From the sequence record OK272482.1: 64,000 bases of DNA. One strand, given 5' to 3'. This stretch comes from Escherichia phage JLBYU08. The position numbers and the translations under genes were made by a program. Under the pieces are notes generated by a model. That model saw only the letters and a program-made list of their open reading frames with translations. It was not told where the DNA came from and made no database searches. This document shows, piece after piece, positions 9,761-19,385 of this stretch. Positions within the stretch are counted from its first letter, which is position 1. Every line of letters begins with the position of its first letter.

Positions 9761-10347
9761 TCGGTATTGATGTAGATTTGACACTGGTAGATTCAGGAAC
9801 AGCATGGTGGGAGTGGTTGGAGCGTTTATATGGTCCAGCCAGTAAGACAGTCACTAAACCTTCTAATGGGTTAATGTATTACGATCTGTCAAAGTATTGG
9901 CCTGATCGCCCCAAAGAAAACATCATAGGGCCTTTTGATTTCTGGAGTGACCCGTTCCTCTACGACTTTCTTAAGCCTGAAGAGGGGGCTATTGAGGTTA
10001 TGAAAGATTTGGTGGCTCGTGGTCACAAGCTTGCATTTATCTCGGTATGCAAGAAAGGTCACCTTGCATCTAAATCAAGGTTCTTAAAGCGTTGGACTAG
10101 TGATTTTATGGATCTGGACGATCACACCCAGGGTCACGGCTTCTACGCCACGCATTTCAAGGGAAATGTGGCTGTAGATGTTATAATTGACGACAGGCAT
10201 GAATACCTGAACCAATTCGCTTCACGCCCTGAAGTTATTAAAATCCTAAAAGATACGCCTTATGAGCAATTTGAGGAGTTAAAGGTTAGTGTTGACTATA
10301 CCGCTAATAGCTGGTATAAAATAGGAAAGTTTTTAGAAGGTATTTGA
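9754..10347 (+). CDS. HAD-superfamily phosphatase, 5'(3')-deoxyribonucleotidase-like
   Basis: HAD motif I GIDVDLTLV at N-terminus, IIDDR motif near C-terminus. Confidence 0.6.
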   Translation: MLIGIDVDLTLVDSGTAWWEWLERLYGPASKTVTKPSNGLMYYDLSKYWPDRPKENIIGPFDFWSDPFLYDFLKPEEGAIEVMKDLVARGHKLAFISVCKKGHLASKSRFLKRWTSDFMDLDDHTQGHGFYATHFKGNVAVDVIIDDRHEYLNQFASRPEVIKILKDTPYEQFEELKVSVDYTANSWYKIGKFLEGI

Positions 10348-10348
10348 A

Positions 10349-10549
10349 ATGGGCAGATGTTCTAAAGGTGGCGATCCTGTAGTCAGATACGGTGACTGGC
10401 TAGAGGTGTATGATCTGGGAGGTAAGCTGGTGTATGCCTCCAGGATCACCCAAGACATGTGCTCCGATATGTTCAACAGATACCTTGCATTTAAGGCCAA
10501 CATAAACCCAGACGAAATTTCCAAAATTAAAACAAGGAGAGCTAAATAA
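10349..10549 (+). CDS. hypothetical protein
   Basis: 66-aa ORF, stop overlaps thyX start. Confidence 0.4.
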   Translation: MGRCSKGGDPVVRYGDWLEVYDLGGKLVYASRITQDMCSDMFNRYLAFKANINPDEISKIKTRRAK

Positions 10550-11532
10550 TGCTAAAACTGTGCACTGCAAAGATCATTGCTGACAGCATTTCCGAGAAAG
10601 GTAAGCGCATCACAACTTTTGAGCTAGAGTATCCTCGAATTATTCACTCAGAGCTTATGACGCACCGAGTGTTCAGCCGAAACGCCATGTCTTCCCGTGC
10701 AGTGCCTGTCGGAAAGATGCTACAACAGATTGTGGAGAATCCGGCAATGCCAGTTCGCTTCGGTGTAAATAAGCGAGGAATGGAAGATGGTGGGGAACAC
10801 GATCAAAAGATCCGTGTAGAGTACACTGATATGGAGCTAACTCCGGAAGAGTTTTGGAAAGAAGCTGCAAAAAACGCCGCTTGGCATGCAGAGAAGTTTG
10901 CCCTTGCTGGTTACCATAAGCAAGTATGTAACCGCTTAGTGGAGCCTTTTCAGCGCATGAAAACAGTTGTAACAAGCACCGAGTGGAATAATTTTTTCCA
11001 CCTCCGTTGCTGGCACGATGCGGATCCTACGATTCAGATGTTAGCTAATTGTATGTGGGAGGCTCTTGTGAATAGCACTCCTGAAATCCTTAAACCGGGT
11101 CAATGGCACACTCCATATGTAGAGCACGTTTATTTGGACGGGGAGTTTAACTACGCTGTACGTGACACAGAAGGAAAGCTCTGCATTCTCGATACTAAAG
11201 AAGCTCTGTCTATCAGTGCTAGTTGCTGTGCACAAGTATCTTATCGAAATATTGACAGCACGTTTGAAAAGGCAGACAGTGTGGCTAAAAAATTGATTGG
11301 TGGGGATCGTATTCATGCAAGCCCTTACGAGCACCAGGCAACACCTATGGATCACGATAACGCAATGGAACGTTTAAACTACTACCTGTCTTCATGTGAA
11401 ATCACACAAGACATCAGTACTTGGCAGGAAGGTGTAACCCATCAAGACCGTGATGGTAAATTCTGGTCTGCCAACTTTTGTGGGTGGGTTCAGCACAGAC
11501 AACTGCTTAATAACCACTTCGTGAAAGGTTAA
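10549..11532 (+). CDS. thyX: flavin-dependent thymidylate synthase
   Basis: ThyX signature RHRxxxxxxxS (ELMTHRVFSRNAMSSRA). Confidence 0.8.
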   Translation: MLKLCTAKIIADSISEKGKRITTFELEYPRIIHSELMTHRVFSRNAMSSRAVPVGKMLQQIVENPAMPVRFGVNKRGMEDGGEHDQKIRVEYTDMELTPEEFWKEAAKNAAWHAEKFALAGYHKQVCNRLVEPFQRMKTVVTSTEWNNFFHLRCWHDADPTIQMLANCMWEALVNSTPEILKPGQWHTPYVEHVYLDGEFNYAVRDTEGKLCILDTKEALSISASCCAQVSYRNIDSTFEKADSVAKKLIGGDRIHASPYEHQATPMDHDNAMERLNYYLSSCEITQDISTWQEGVTHQDRDGKFWSANFCGWVQHRQLLNNHFVKG

Positions 11533-11561
11533 TCCTATCACAGCGATAGGTAACTTTTGTG

Positions 11562-11590
11562 TTGACTAATAGTATTAGATAATCTATAAT
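11562..11590 (+). promoter_or_regulatory. sigma70-like promoter (TTGACT-N17-TATAAT)
   Basis: Consensus hexamers in thyX-downstream intergenic. Confidence 0.55.
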
Positions 11591-11618
11591 AATGGCTCAC
11601 TTTGTTGGTGAGCCAGAA

Positions 11619-12092
11619 ATGGAGACAGATATGAGTAATGTTATGATTCCTAAAAAGACATTTATTTCAGTTACTTTGGATTTCCTATCTACCGTTCCCG
11701 GGTTTAACGTTCGCACACGAAACGGTCTCCGAGCTGCACTCTTTGCCGTAGGGTTTGATTTAAAAAGTATTGATGTTCTTCGTGGAAAAAACGTTCGATG
11801 CAAAAATAAGCCAACACATTATCGAAAGGCAGATGTATTTGCTGGTGTCATGCGTGCAGACTTTAGATACCCGCAAATGTATAACGGTGTAGATATTTTA
11901 GATGTGGATAAAGCACCTGGTGAGGCAATGCTTGTTCAAGATCTTCCGTATGATATTCCTGTAGAGGATCGTGTTAATGTAAGAAAGTATACAAAACAAT
12001 CTGAAAAGGCTGAAGATATTCATATTGTTGATGAACCTTTCAATTTTGAAGATCTGCATCGCCTGGAAAAATTATTCGGTATTGAAAGCTAA
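11619..12092 (+). CDS. hypothetical protein
   Basis: ORF; start set at first ATG downstream of promoter (alternative 11631). Confidence 0.45.
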   Translation: METDMSNVMIPKKTFISVTLDFLSTVPGFNVRTRNGLRAALFAVGFDLKSIDVLRGKNVRCKNKPTHYRKADVFAGVMRADFRYPQMYNGVDILDVDKAPGEAMLVQDLPYDIPVEDRVNVRKYTKQSEKAEDIHIVDEPFNFEDLHRLEKLFGIES

Positions 12093-12102
12093 GGTGGTGA
12101 AG

Positions 12103-12333
12103 ATGAGTCATAACTCCAAGTGGAAGGATCTTGGTTTTGCAAGTCGGTCAGAGTATGTTGGTTGGCTTTGGTTCAACGGCCTGACAAACGATATTAAAAT
12201 GTATGATGATGTTTATTATGACGAGTATACAGGCAAAATTATAAATATCTCTGTAGAAGAGGATACCTTTATCCAGCAAGATACTGATACCTGCCTTGAT
12301 AAATACGTTGATGAAGTGGAGGAAGCAAATTGA
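12103..12333 (+). CDS. hypothetical acidic protein
   Basis: ATG 12103 preceded by GGTGGTGAAG. Confidence 0.4.
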   Translation: MSHNSKWKDLGFASRSEYVGWLWFNGLTNDIKMYDDVYYDEYTGKIINISVEEDTFIQQDTDTCLDKYVDEVEEAN

Positions 12334-14645
12334 TCACCAAGGTAATTAAAAGCAACGGATGTGAAGTGGCATTCGATCCAGAACGTTTAAATAAGGCAGC
12401 TATTTTCGGTGACGACGGTAACGGCAATTGGTCACATATTGCACTGGATGCATACAAACGACTGTATGATGGATGTACAACCAAAGAAGTTAACCAAGCT
12501 ATCATAGACTCCTGTGTTAGCCGTAAAGACGAAGCACATTCCCGTATGGCTGGTCGTGTTCTTATTGGTCAGATTTATAAAGAGGCTTTTGGAGGGTTTA
12601 CAAAGATCCCTTCCTTACCATCATTTTACAACGACATGGTTGAGAAAGGGTATTGGGAGGATATGGGATATAGCTTTACCGAGCTAAACACTTTAGACGC
12701 TGTTATTGACCACAGTAAAGATCTCGGTTATGGCTATGCAGTCCTTAAACAGTTTCGCGACAAATACGGGATCAAGGATACTCTTAAAGACACCTTGTTT
12801 GAATCTCCCCAGATGATGTTTATGGGGATAGCAATGGCTGTCATGAAGAATATGCCGAAAGAACGTCGTATCAACGATGTTGTAAAATTATACACTTATC
12901 TGTCCGACTTAAAGATCAATGCCCCGACACCGTACTTAAACGGGCTGCGCACAGGTAAGACAGGGTATGCATCTTGTTGTGTAATAAAAGCTGACGATAC
13001 AGCAAAATCTATTGGTGTGGCACGTGAAGTTGCGTACACAATGACGGTTAACCAAGCAGGTATCGGCTACTATTTATCATCAAGATCTGCAGGTGATGGT
13101 GTTCGCGGTAACACTATTAAACACATGGGTAAGATTCCATATTATCGAGGTATTGATGCTGGTGTTAAGGAGAACAGACAACAATCACGTGGCGGTTCTG
13201 CAACAGTATCATTCCTTGCACTGGACCCGCAGATTGATGAGCTAATCCGTTTGAGAAACCCTATGACTGTTGCTTCAAAAAGAATCAACACCATGGACTA
13301 CTCCATCGGTATTAATAGGTCGTTTATCAACCGTGTGGCTAAGAATTTAGATTGGATGCTTGTTTCTTATAAGCACGCTCCTCAACTGCATGAGGGTATC
13401 TTCACCATGTCTATGGAGGAGTTCGATGCAGAGGTTGAGCGTATTGCTAAAGATGACAGTATTCCTAAGACATGGATCCGGGCTAGAGATCTTGCTGTTG
13501 AGCTGATCACGCAGCGTACTGAGGTGGGAAGGCTGTACGTATACTGGACAGATGAGATGAATAGACATACACCTTTTAAAGATGTGATCTATTCAAGCAA
13601 CCTGTGTGCAGAAATAGCCCTCCCGACAAAAGGCTATTCAGATATGCGTAATATCTTCAAGTACGATGTTGATGATGGTGAGGTTGCATTGTGCTTCCTG
13701 TCATCTCTTGTAGCTGGAAGGGTTACCCCAGAGGAGTATGAGGATGTTGCATACTACACGGTGCTTATGATTGACAATGTTATGGAAATCATGACATATC
13801 CGTATGAAAACATGGAGAGTACTGTTAAAAAACGCAGATCCATCGGGGTTGGCCTTACCAATGTTGCACATTTTATTGCCAGCCACAAGGTTACTTACGG
13901 ATCTCCTGAAAGTAAACAGCTTGTTCACGATCTTGCAGAACTTCACAGCTACAGCTTGCATAAGGCAAGTTTACGGTTGGCAAAAGAGCGTGGTGTCTGC
14001 GAGTGGATGTATAAAACAAAATATCCAGAAGGTTGGTTACCAATCGACACTTATAACAAAGAGGTCGATAGTGTGGTGAAAGATCCTTCTCTTAAACAGG
14101 ATTGGGAAGGGTTACGTAAAGAAATCATTGAAAATGGTGGGCTACGTAATAGCGTTCTTGAAGCATATATGCCTAATGAAAGCTCTTCGCTGGCAACAAA
14201 CACCACTAACGGGGTTTATCCTGTCCGTGAGCACATTATCTTTAAAAAGTCGCCACAAGGGCAGGTGCTGTTTATCGTTCCTGAATACGATGAGTTGAAA
14301 GAGTATTACACTTCGGCTTGGGACGTTGATACTAACGACATGATCGATATGTATGCTGTGATTCAAAAATTCACAGGTCAGGCAATCAGCGCGGATTTAT
14401 ACATAGACTACACCAAGTTGAAAGATGGTAAAATTTCAATGAAGGAGCAGCTAGGGTACCTTATCCGTGCCACTAAATTCGGGATGAAGACATGGTATTA
14501 TTTAAACTCTAGGGTTGGTGCTGGTGACTCCTTGGCAGAGGAACTTCATGCCAAGAAACAGGCTGAAGATGAAACCAGAAAGAACTATCCTTTGATTGCA
14601 GATAGTTCAGTTGAAGATCCGTATTGCGAAAGCTGTGCACTATAA
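12330..14645 (+). CDS. nrdA: ribonucleotide reductase class Ia large subunit
   Basis: ATP-cone at N-terminus, NLCAEI active-site block, C-terminal tail with Cys pair (CESCAL). Confidence 0.9.
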   Translation: MITKVIKSNGCEVAFDPERLNKAAIFGDDGNGNWSHIALDAYKRLYDGCTTKEVNQAIIDSCVSRKDEAHSRMAGRVLIGQIYKEAFGGFTKIPSLPSFYNDMVEKGYWEDMGYSFTELNTLDAVIDHSKDLGYGYAVLKQFRDKYGIKDTLKDTLFESPQMMFMGIAMAVMKNMPKERRINDVVKLYTYLSDLKINAPTPYLNGLRTGKTGYASCCVIKADDTAKSIGVAREVAYTMTVNQAGIGYYLSSRSAGDGVRGNTIKHMGKIPYYRGIDAGVKENRQQSRGGSATVSFLALDPQIDELIRLRNPMTVASKRINTMDYSIGINRSFINRVAKNLDWMLVSYKHAPQLHEGIFTMSMEEFDAEVERIAKDDSIPKTWIRARDLAVELITQRTEVGRLYVYWTDEMNRHTPFKDVIYSSNLCAEIALPTKGYSDMRNIFKYDVDDGEVALCFLSSLVAGRVTPEEYEDVAYYTVLMIDNVMEIMTYPYENMESTVKKRRSIGVGLTNVAHFIASHKVTYGSPESKQLVHDLAELHSYSLHKASLRLAKERGVCEWMYKTKYPEGWLPIDTYNKEVDSVVKDPSLKQDWEGLRKEIIENGGLRNSVLEAYMPNESSSLATNTTNGVYPVREHIIFKKSPQGQVLFIVPEYDELKEYYTSAWDVDTNDMIDMYAVIQKFTGQAISADLYIDYTKLKDGKISMKEQLGYLIRATKFGMKTWYYLNSRVGAGDSLAEELHAKKQAEDETRKNYPLIADSSVEDPYCESCAL

Positions 14646-14652
14646 TTTTAAA

Positions 14653-14672
14653 GGGGCTTCGGCCCCATTTTA
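14653..14672 (+). terminator. weak terminator/attenuator between nrdA and nrdB
   Basis: Hairpin GGGGC-TTCG-GCCCC then ATTTTA. Confidence 0.4.
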
Positions 14673-14683
14673 GAGGTAGAATA

Positions 14684-15772
14684 ATGGCTGTATTTAATGC
14701 TGAGAACACCGCTCATAAAACTGGTGACTATCCGCTGTTTCTGGGACAGCAAATGGGTATGTACGACTCTATCAACAAAAAATATCCACAACTGTTTGAA
14801 CTATACAAAAAACAAAAAGAGCAAGATTGGGCAGAGGATGAAGTGGATTTGTCGCAATCTATTTCAGATTTTGTAACATGCTCAAAGTCAACTTATGACG
14901 TGATGGTGCAGACCTTGATGTGGCAATGGGAGGCTGATAGCGTTGCGGCAAGATCGATCATCTGCCTCTTTTCACCATTCATCACTAATAGTGAGCTTTT
15001 CACTCTATTGATGAAACAGTCAGAGATTGAAGTTCTTCACGCACTAACTTACTCAGAGATTGTTAGACAATGCCTCCCCAATGCCCGTGAGATTATAGAA
15101 GAGATTCAGGAAAACCAAAACGTTCTGAGCAGATCCGGCGTTATTGTCAAATACATGCAAGAGCTTGAGGTTATTGGTGCAAAATACCGACTGGATCCTT
15201 CTAGTGTTGAAGAAGATATTGTGCGGAAATGCATTCTTAGAGCGCTTTTTGCACTTTTAGCCCTGGAAAGTATTGAGTTTATTGCAAGTTTTGCATGCAC
15301 TTTCGCAGTAGCTGAACAGGGTATTTTTGTTCAGGTGGCGCAGCTTGTTCAAAAAATCATGCTTGACGAAATGCTACATTCGAAAGGTGATTTTGCCATC
15401 ATTGATATCTTGCTTAACGATCCCGCATGGGAGAAAAGCTTCCTGGAGATAAAAGGGGAGTTAAAAGAGATTCTTGATGAAGTACGAACCAAAGAGTACG
15501 GTTGGAGTGACTATATTTTCAGCGAAGGAAGAGCGATTATAGGTCTTAACTCACCGTTGCTTAAAGAATGGGTTGACTATAACTGTTCACCGATTTATGA
15601 TTACTACGACATCGACAAAGACTTTGTGCCGCCAACAAAGGACCCGCTACCGTTTATGCAGGTGTGGATGAAACCTTCATTGCAACAGACGGCGAACCAA
15701 GAAATGTCGAACACTGACTACCGCGTCAACACAACTGTTAACGACGCTGAAGAAGAAATTTGGGAGTTTTAA
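14684..15772 (+). CDS. nrdB: ribonucleotide reductase class Ia small subunit
   Basis: Ferritin-like di-iron protein follows nrdA; RBS GAGG before ATG 14684; C-terminal acidic tail (EEEIWEF). Confidence 0.85.
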   Translation: MAVFNAENTAHKTGDYPLFLGQQMGMYDSINKKYPQLFELYKKQKEQDWAEDEVDLSQSISDFVTCSKSTYDVMVQTLMWQWEADSVAARSIICLFSPFITNSELFTLLMKQSEIEVLHALTYSEIVRQCLPNAREIIEEIQENQNVLSRSGVIVKYMQELEVIGAKYRLDPSSVEEDIVRKCILRALFALLALESIEFIASFACTFAVAEQGIFVQVAQLVQKIMLDEMLHSKGDFAIIDILLNDPAWEKSFLEIKGELKEILDEVRTKEYGWSDYIFSEGRAIIGLNSPLLKEWVDYNCSPIYDYYDIDKDFVPPTKDPLPFMQVWMKPSLQQTANQEMSNTDYRVNTTVNDAEEEIWEF

Positions 15773-15775
15773 TAT

Positions 15776-16054
15776 ATGAGCTGCGAAAAATCTTTTTTCA
15801 TCATCATTTACGGTAAGGATAACTGCCCACATTGTGTCAGAGCAAAAGAATTTGCAATCAGCAAAGGTCTGCCTTTTGTATATAAGACACTTGGCGAGGG
15901 ATACACAAAAGAAGAGCTTATTGAGAAGTGTAGTCCAATCGTCCCCAGAACGTTGCCGCAGATCTTCTTAGAAAGCGATCTTGACAGTATCCATATAGGC
16001 GGTGCCGACGATTTCATCTCTTTTGTTAAGAATGGTTTTGGAGAGAAAAAGTGA
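15776..16054 (+). CDS. glutaredoxin/thioredoxin-like redoxin
   Basis: CPHC active site in MSCEKSFFIIIYGKDNCPHCVRAKE; sits between nrdB and nrdD. Confidence 0.75.
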   Translation: MSCEKSFFIIIYGKDNCPHCVRAKEFAISKGLPFVYKTLGEGYTKEELIEKCSPIVPRTLPQIFLESDLDSIHIGGADDFISFVKNGFGEKK

Positions 16055-18174
16055 AAGTTGTAAAACGGGACGGTAGAGAAGAGTTCTATAACGGAATTAA
16101 GGTGATCAAGGCGGCAGAGTCCGCCTTACTTGAGTCTGGACATACTGAAGAAGAAGCTTACCGGATCGCTTGTGCGGTTAATGAAGTTGTTGCTAACAAT
16201 CTACCAACCGACCAGTGCACGATCTCTGTAAAAAATATCCATATCCTTGTTGAAGATGCTCTTATGGATATGGGTTTAAAATGTGCAGCCAGAGAATACA
16301 TCCAGTATAGACAGACAAGAGATAATAACAGAGAGGCAGGTGGAAAACTGCTTGCAGATATTAGTGGCTTCTTGGATCGAACTTGTGATGAATTTACAAA
16401 AGAAAACGCAAATAAGCCTACCAATCATGTACACACTCATCGTGACCTGCTTGCAGGCATCCTTAGCAAACACCTTGCATCAACACAGATCCTGCCAGAC
16501 CGTGTCTCAGAAGAGCACAATAAAGGCTTCATCCATGTGCATGATCTTGACTACTTGATCAGTCCGTTAACAAACTGTTGTTTGGTAAATTATCCAGATA
16601 TGTTGGAAAACGGATTCAACATTGGTAACGCCCATGTCAGTAAGCCGAAGTCAATAGGGGTTGCAACAACAATCCTTAGCCAAATCTCTAGTGCGGTAGC
16701 TAGTGCTCAATATGGGGGTCAGACTATGAGCCATATTGATCATTATCTGGCACAGTATGCTGAGGCGACTTATGAGAAGAACCTTAAATTTTGCCAGGAA
16801 CATTGGTTGCCAGATGCTGAGACTGTTGCAATGCAGATGACAGATAAAGACGTATTTGACAGCATGCAGACTTTACTCTATCAAATCAATACGTTAACTT
16901 CTGTCAACGGGCAAACCCCATTCATCACATTAAGTTTAGGTCTGGACACCTCAGTCTTTGGTAGAATGATTACCAAAAACTACTTGAAAGTCCACAAAAT
17001 GGGTCTTGGTGAAGAACGTATCACACCTGTGTTCCCTAAAGTGTTGTTCTTCCTAGAAGAGGGTGTCAACATGAACCCTGGAGATCCTAACTATGATTTG
17101 AAACGATTAGCTCTGGAATGCTCTGCAGAGCGGATTTATCCTGACTTTGTTTCTGTTCCACTAAATCGTAAAGTGACAGGCTCGACAGATGGTAAAGTAA
17201 CGAGCATGGGTTGCCGGAGTTTTCTTAGCAAATACAATGACTTGGAAACAGGCGAGGAGAAATACCTTGGCAGATTTAACTTAGGCGTTGTTAGCCTTAA
17301 TCTGCCAATGATTGCGGCAAAAGCTAAAACGGAAGGTGTTGATTTCTTTGCAGTTCTTGACGAATACCTAGATCTTGCATACGAGGCTCACCTTGTAAGG
17401 GTTGATCGTCTAAAAGGGACAAAGGCAGGGCAGAACCCTATCATGTGGTGTGAAGGCGCTCTTGCTCGCCTGGACCCTGAAGAGAGTATTGATAAACTCT
17501 TCTACGACGGGTACGCTTCCATCAGTATTGGGTATATTGGTGTGTATGAAACCTGTCAGATTTTGGGCAGGGAGGGTGACAAGGCTTTAGCTCTTGGAAT
17601 ACTTCAGCACATGAGAGATGCTTGTGAGAGATACAAGAAGGAAAGTAGACTAGCGTTTAGCTTGTACGGCACCCCTTCTGAGAGTCTATGCTATAAAGCT
17701 GCAACCTGTCTGGATCGTGAATATCCTGAAGTGTTGAAGCACGAGCATGAATATCTCACCAACAGTTTCCATCAGCCAGTATGGATCAATAGCTCTCCTT
17801 TTGATAAGTGGGAGTATGAGGAAGGTTTTGCTATGATCTCCTCTGGTGGCAACATCGGATACGTAGAGACACCAAATCTGAAAAAAAACTTAGATGCTTT
17901 GGAAGCTCTTGTTGATTTCGGATATAAACACATTATGTATTTTGGTATCAACCAGCCTGTGGATAAATGTCTCAAGTGTGGTTTCTCTGGTGAGTTCAGT
18001 GCAACAGCTAAAGGCTTTGTATGCCCAGAGTGTGGAAACCATGAAGAGGGAACGATCAGCGTAATTCGACGTGTGTCTGGATACCTTTCCAGTCCTAACT
18101 CTCGTCCTTACAATAAAGGTAAGCAAGCGGAAGTTATCGAGCGAGTTAAGCACTACGGAAGTTGTGGTTGCTGA
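16051..18174 (+). CDS. nrdD: anaerobic ribonucleotide reductase class III
   Basis: N-terminal ATP-cone, C-terminal glycyl-radical motif RRVSGYL and zinc ribbon CLKCG...CPECG. Confidence 0.9.
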   Translation: MKVVKRDGREEFYNGIKVIKAAESALLESGHTEEEAYRIACAVNEVVANNLPTDQCTISVKNIHILVEDALMDMGLKCAAREYIQYRQTRDNNREAGGKLLADISGFLDRTCDEFTKENANKPTNHVHTHRDLLAGILSKHLASTQILPDRVSEEHNKGFIHVHDLDYLISPLTNCCLVNYPDMLENGFNIGNAHVSKPKSIGVATTILSQISSAVASAQYGGQTMSHIDHYLAQYAEATYEKNLKFCQEHWLPDAETVAMQMTDKDVFDSMQTLLYQINTLTSVNGQTPFITLSLGLDTSVFGRMITKNYLKVHKMGLGEERITPVFPKVLFFLEEGVNMNPGDPNYDLKRLALECSAERIYPDFVSVPLNRKVTGSTDGKVTSMGCRSFLSKYNDLETGEEKYLGRFNLGVVSLNLPMIAAKAKTEGVDFFAVLDEYLDLAYEAHLVRVDRLKGTKAGQNPIMWCEGALARLDPEESIDKLFYDGYASISIGYIGVYETCQILGREGDKALALGILQHMRDACERYKKESRLAFSLYGTPSESLCYKAATCLDREYPEVLKHEHEYLTNSFHQPVWINSSPFDKWEYEEGFAMISSGGNIGYVETPNLKKNLDALEALVDFGYKHIMYFGINQPVDKCLKCGFSGEFSATAKGFVCPECGNHEEGTISVIRRVSGYLSSPNSRPYNKGKQAEVIERVKHYGSCGC

Positions 18175-18237
18175 TTCTTGACAAAAGCCACAAGGATGTG
18201 GCATATTATTGACACACAGTGAGCTAGGAGGTGCAGT

Positions 18238-18354
18238 ATGTCATCAGGTATTTATAAAATTTGCAAGTGCGGCTGTAGTTGTAATCTTCGTTGGTGCAAG
18301 GCACTAGACGATTTTATTTGGCATTGCCCTAAATGTGATGCGGAGTATCTATGA
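18238..18354 (+). CDS. 38-aa zinc-ribbon micro-protein
   Basis: Strong RBS AGGAGG 8 nt before ATG; CKCGCSC...CPKCD; stop overlaps nrdG start (ATGA). Confidence 0.45.
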   Translation: MSSGIYKICKCGCSCNLRWCKALDDFIWHCPKCDAEYL

Positions 18355-18824
18355 ACATTGCTGGATACACAGAAATATCTTACACCGAAGGACCAGGTAT
18401 TAGAACTGCCTTGTGGGTATCTGGGTGCCCACACGCTTGCCATGGTTGCTTTAATCAGGCATTTTGGTCAAAAGATAAGGGGAGGAAGTTCACTGAAGAA
18501 GACTTGCAAAAAATCTTGTCAGATTTAGATAACCCGTTTGTGTGCGGTATCTCTCTACTGGGTGGAGAACCCTTAGCATACTATAATGAGCCAGATATTA
18601 TTAGCCTGATGGAGAAAATTAAGGAAAAATTTGGTGACAAGAAAACTATTCTTGTATATACTGGGTTCACATTTGACCATATCTCTAGTGATGTTCTTAA
18701 ACTGGCTGATATCATCATTGACGGTAAGTATGTAAAAGATTTACCAACCAAGAAACCGTTCCGAGGCAGTGATAACCAAAGAATGTTTAAAAAAGTATCA
18801 GGCGGTTGGGTTCAGGTAGACTAG
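18351..18824 (+). CDS. nrdG: anaerobic RNR activating enzyme (radical SAM)
   Basis: CPHACHGCFN cluster motif; directly after nrdD. Confidence 0.85.
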   Translation: MNIAGYTEISYTEGPGIRTALWVSGCPHACHGCFNQAFWSKDKGRKFTEEDLQKILSDLDNPFVCGISLLGGEPLAYYNEPDIISLMEKIKEKFGDKKTILVYTGFTFDHISSDVLKLADIIIDGKYVKDLPTKKPFRGSDNQRMFKKVSGGWVQVD

Positions 18825-18827
18825 TTG

Positions 18828-18857
18828 TTGACAAAGCTTTGTTGAGTTGGTTATAAT
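18828..18857 (+). promoter_or_regulatory. sigma70-like promoter (TTGACA-N17/18-TATAAT)
   Basis: AGTTGTTGACA -35 context shared with promoter at 20219. Confidence 0.55.
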
Positions 18858-18886
18858 TGCCGTAATGAAAGCAGAGGAGGTGCCAA

Positions 18887-19000
18887 ATGGCTAAAAAAGC
18901 CTTGAAGAAGGCGTACAAGAAAGAGATTGCGCTTGAGCTTAAGAAAAAACACAAGCGCGAAAAGAAACATCATGAAGATGAAGAGGGGGTGCAACAGTGA
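18887..19000 (+). CDS. small basic protein (37 aa)
   Basis: RBS GAGGAGG before ATG 18887; MAKKALKKAYKK... Confidence 0.4.
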   Translation: MAKKALKKAYKKEIALELKKKHKREKKHHEDEEGVQQ

Positions 19001-19347
19001 CACAAGAACGTATCGATTTGGCTAATAAGTTTGTAGATCTCATTTTGCCACGGTTAGTTACTCAACATGCAGATGCTATTTCTACTAATCTTGATGGCTT
19101 ACGCCTAATGCTGAATCGCACAGATGACCCTCGTATTCGGGCTGATTTAGAAGCCTCTGCCAACAAACTGGAAAAGTTCTTGCAAGTAGACACGCAAGAA
19201 GCCTTGCACAAGATTATGGTGGAAGGTTTCTCTAAAGAATTTACCATTAAAGAGCTTAAGGAGCTGATCCACCAAGAAGAGATGAATATCCGAGTTCAGG
19301 CTGTTGCAAGCAGCATGGAAGCGGCTATTGAAAAACTGTTGCAGTAA
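18997..19347 (+). CDS. hypothetical protein
   Basis: 116-aa ORF, predicted helical. Confidence 0.45.
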   Translation: MTQERIDLANKFVDLILPRLVTQHADAISTNLDGLRLMLNRTDDPRIRADLEASANKLEKFLQVDTQEALHKIMVEGFSKEFTIKELKELIHQEEMNIRVQAVASSMEAAIEKLLQ

Positions 19348-19385
19348 AAGTACTTGGCACATCTCAATCTGAAAGGAGTCCCAAC

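Noticed and set aside
12330-18174. Introns or inteins in nrdA, nrdB or nrdD as in T4-like phages
   Set aside because: All three frames are continuous with expected lengths and motifs; no intervening non-coding block
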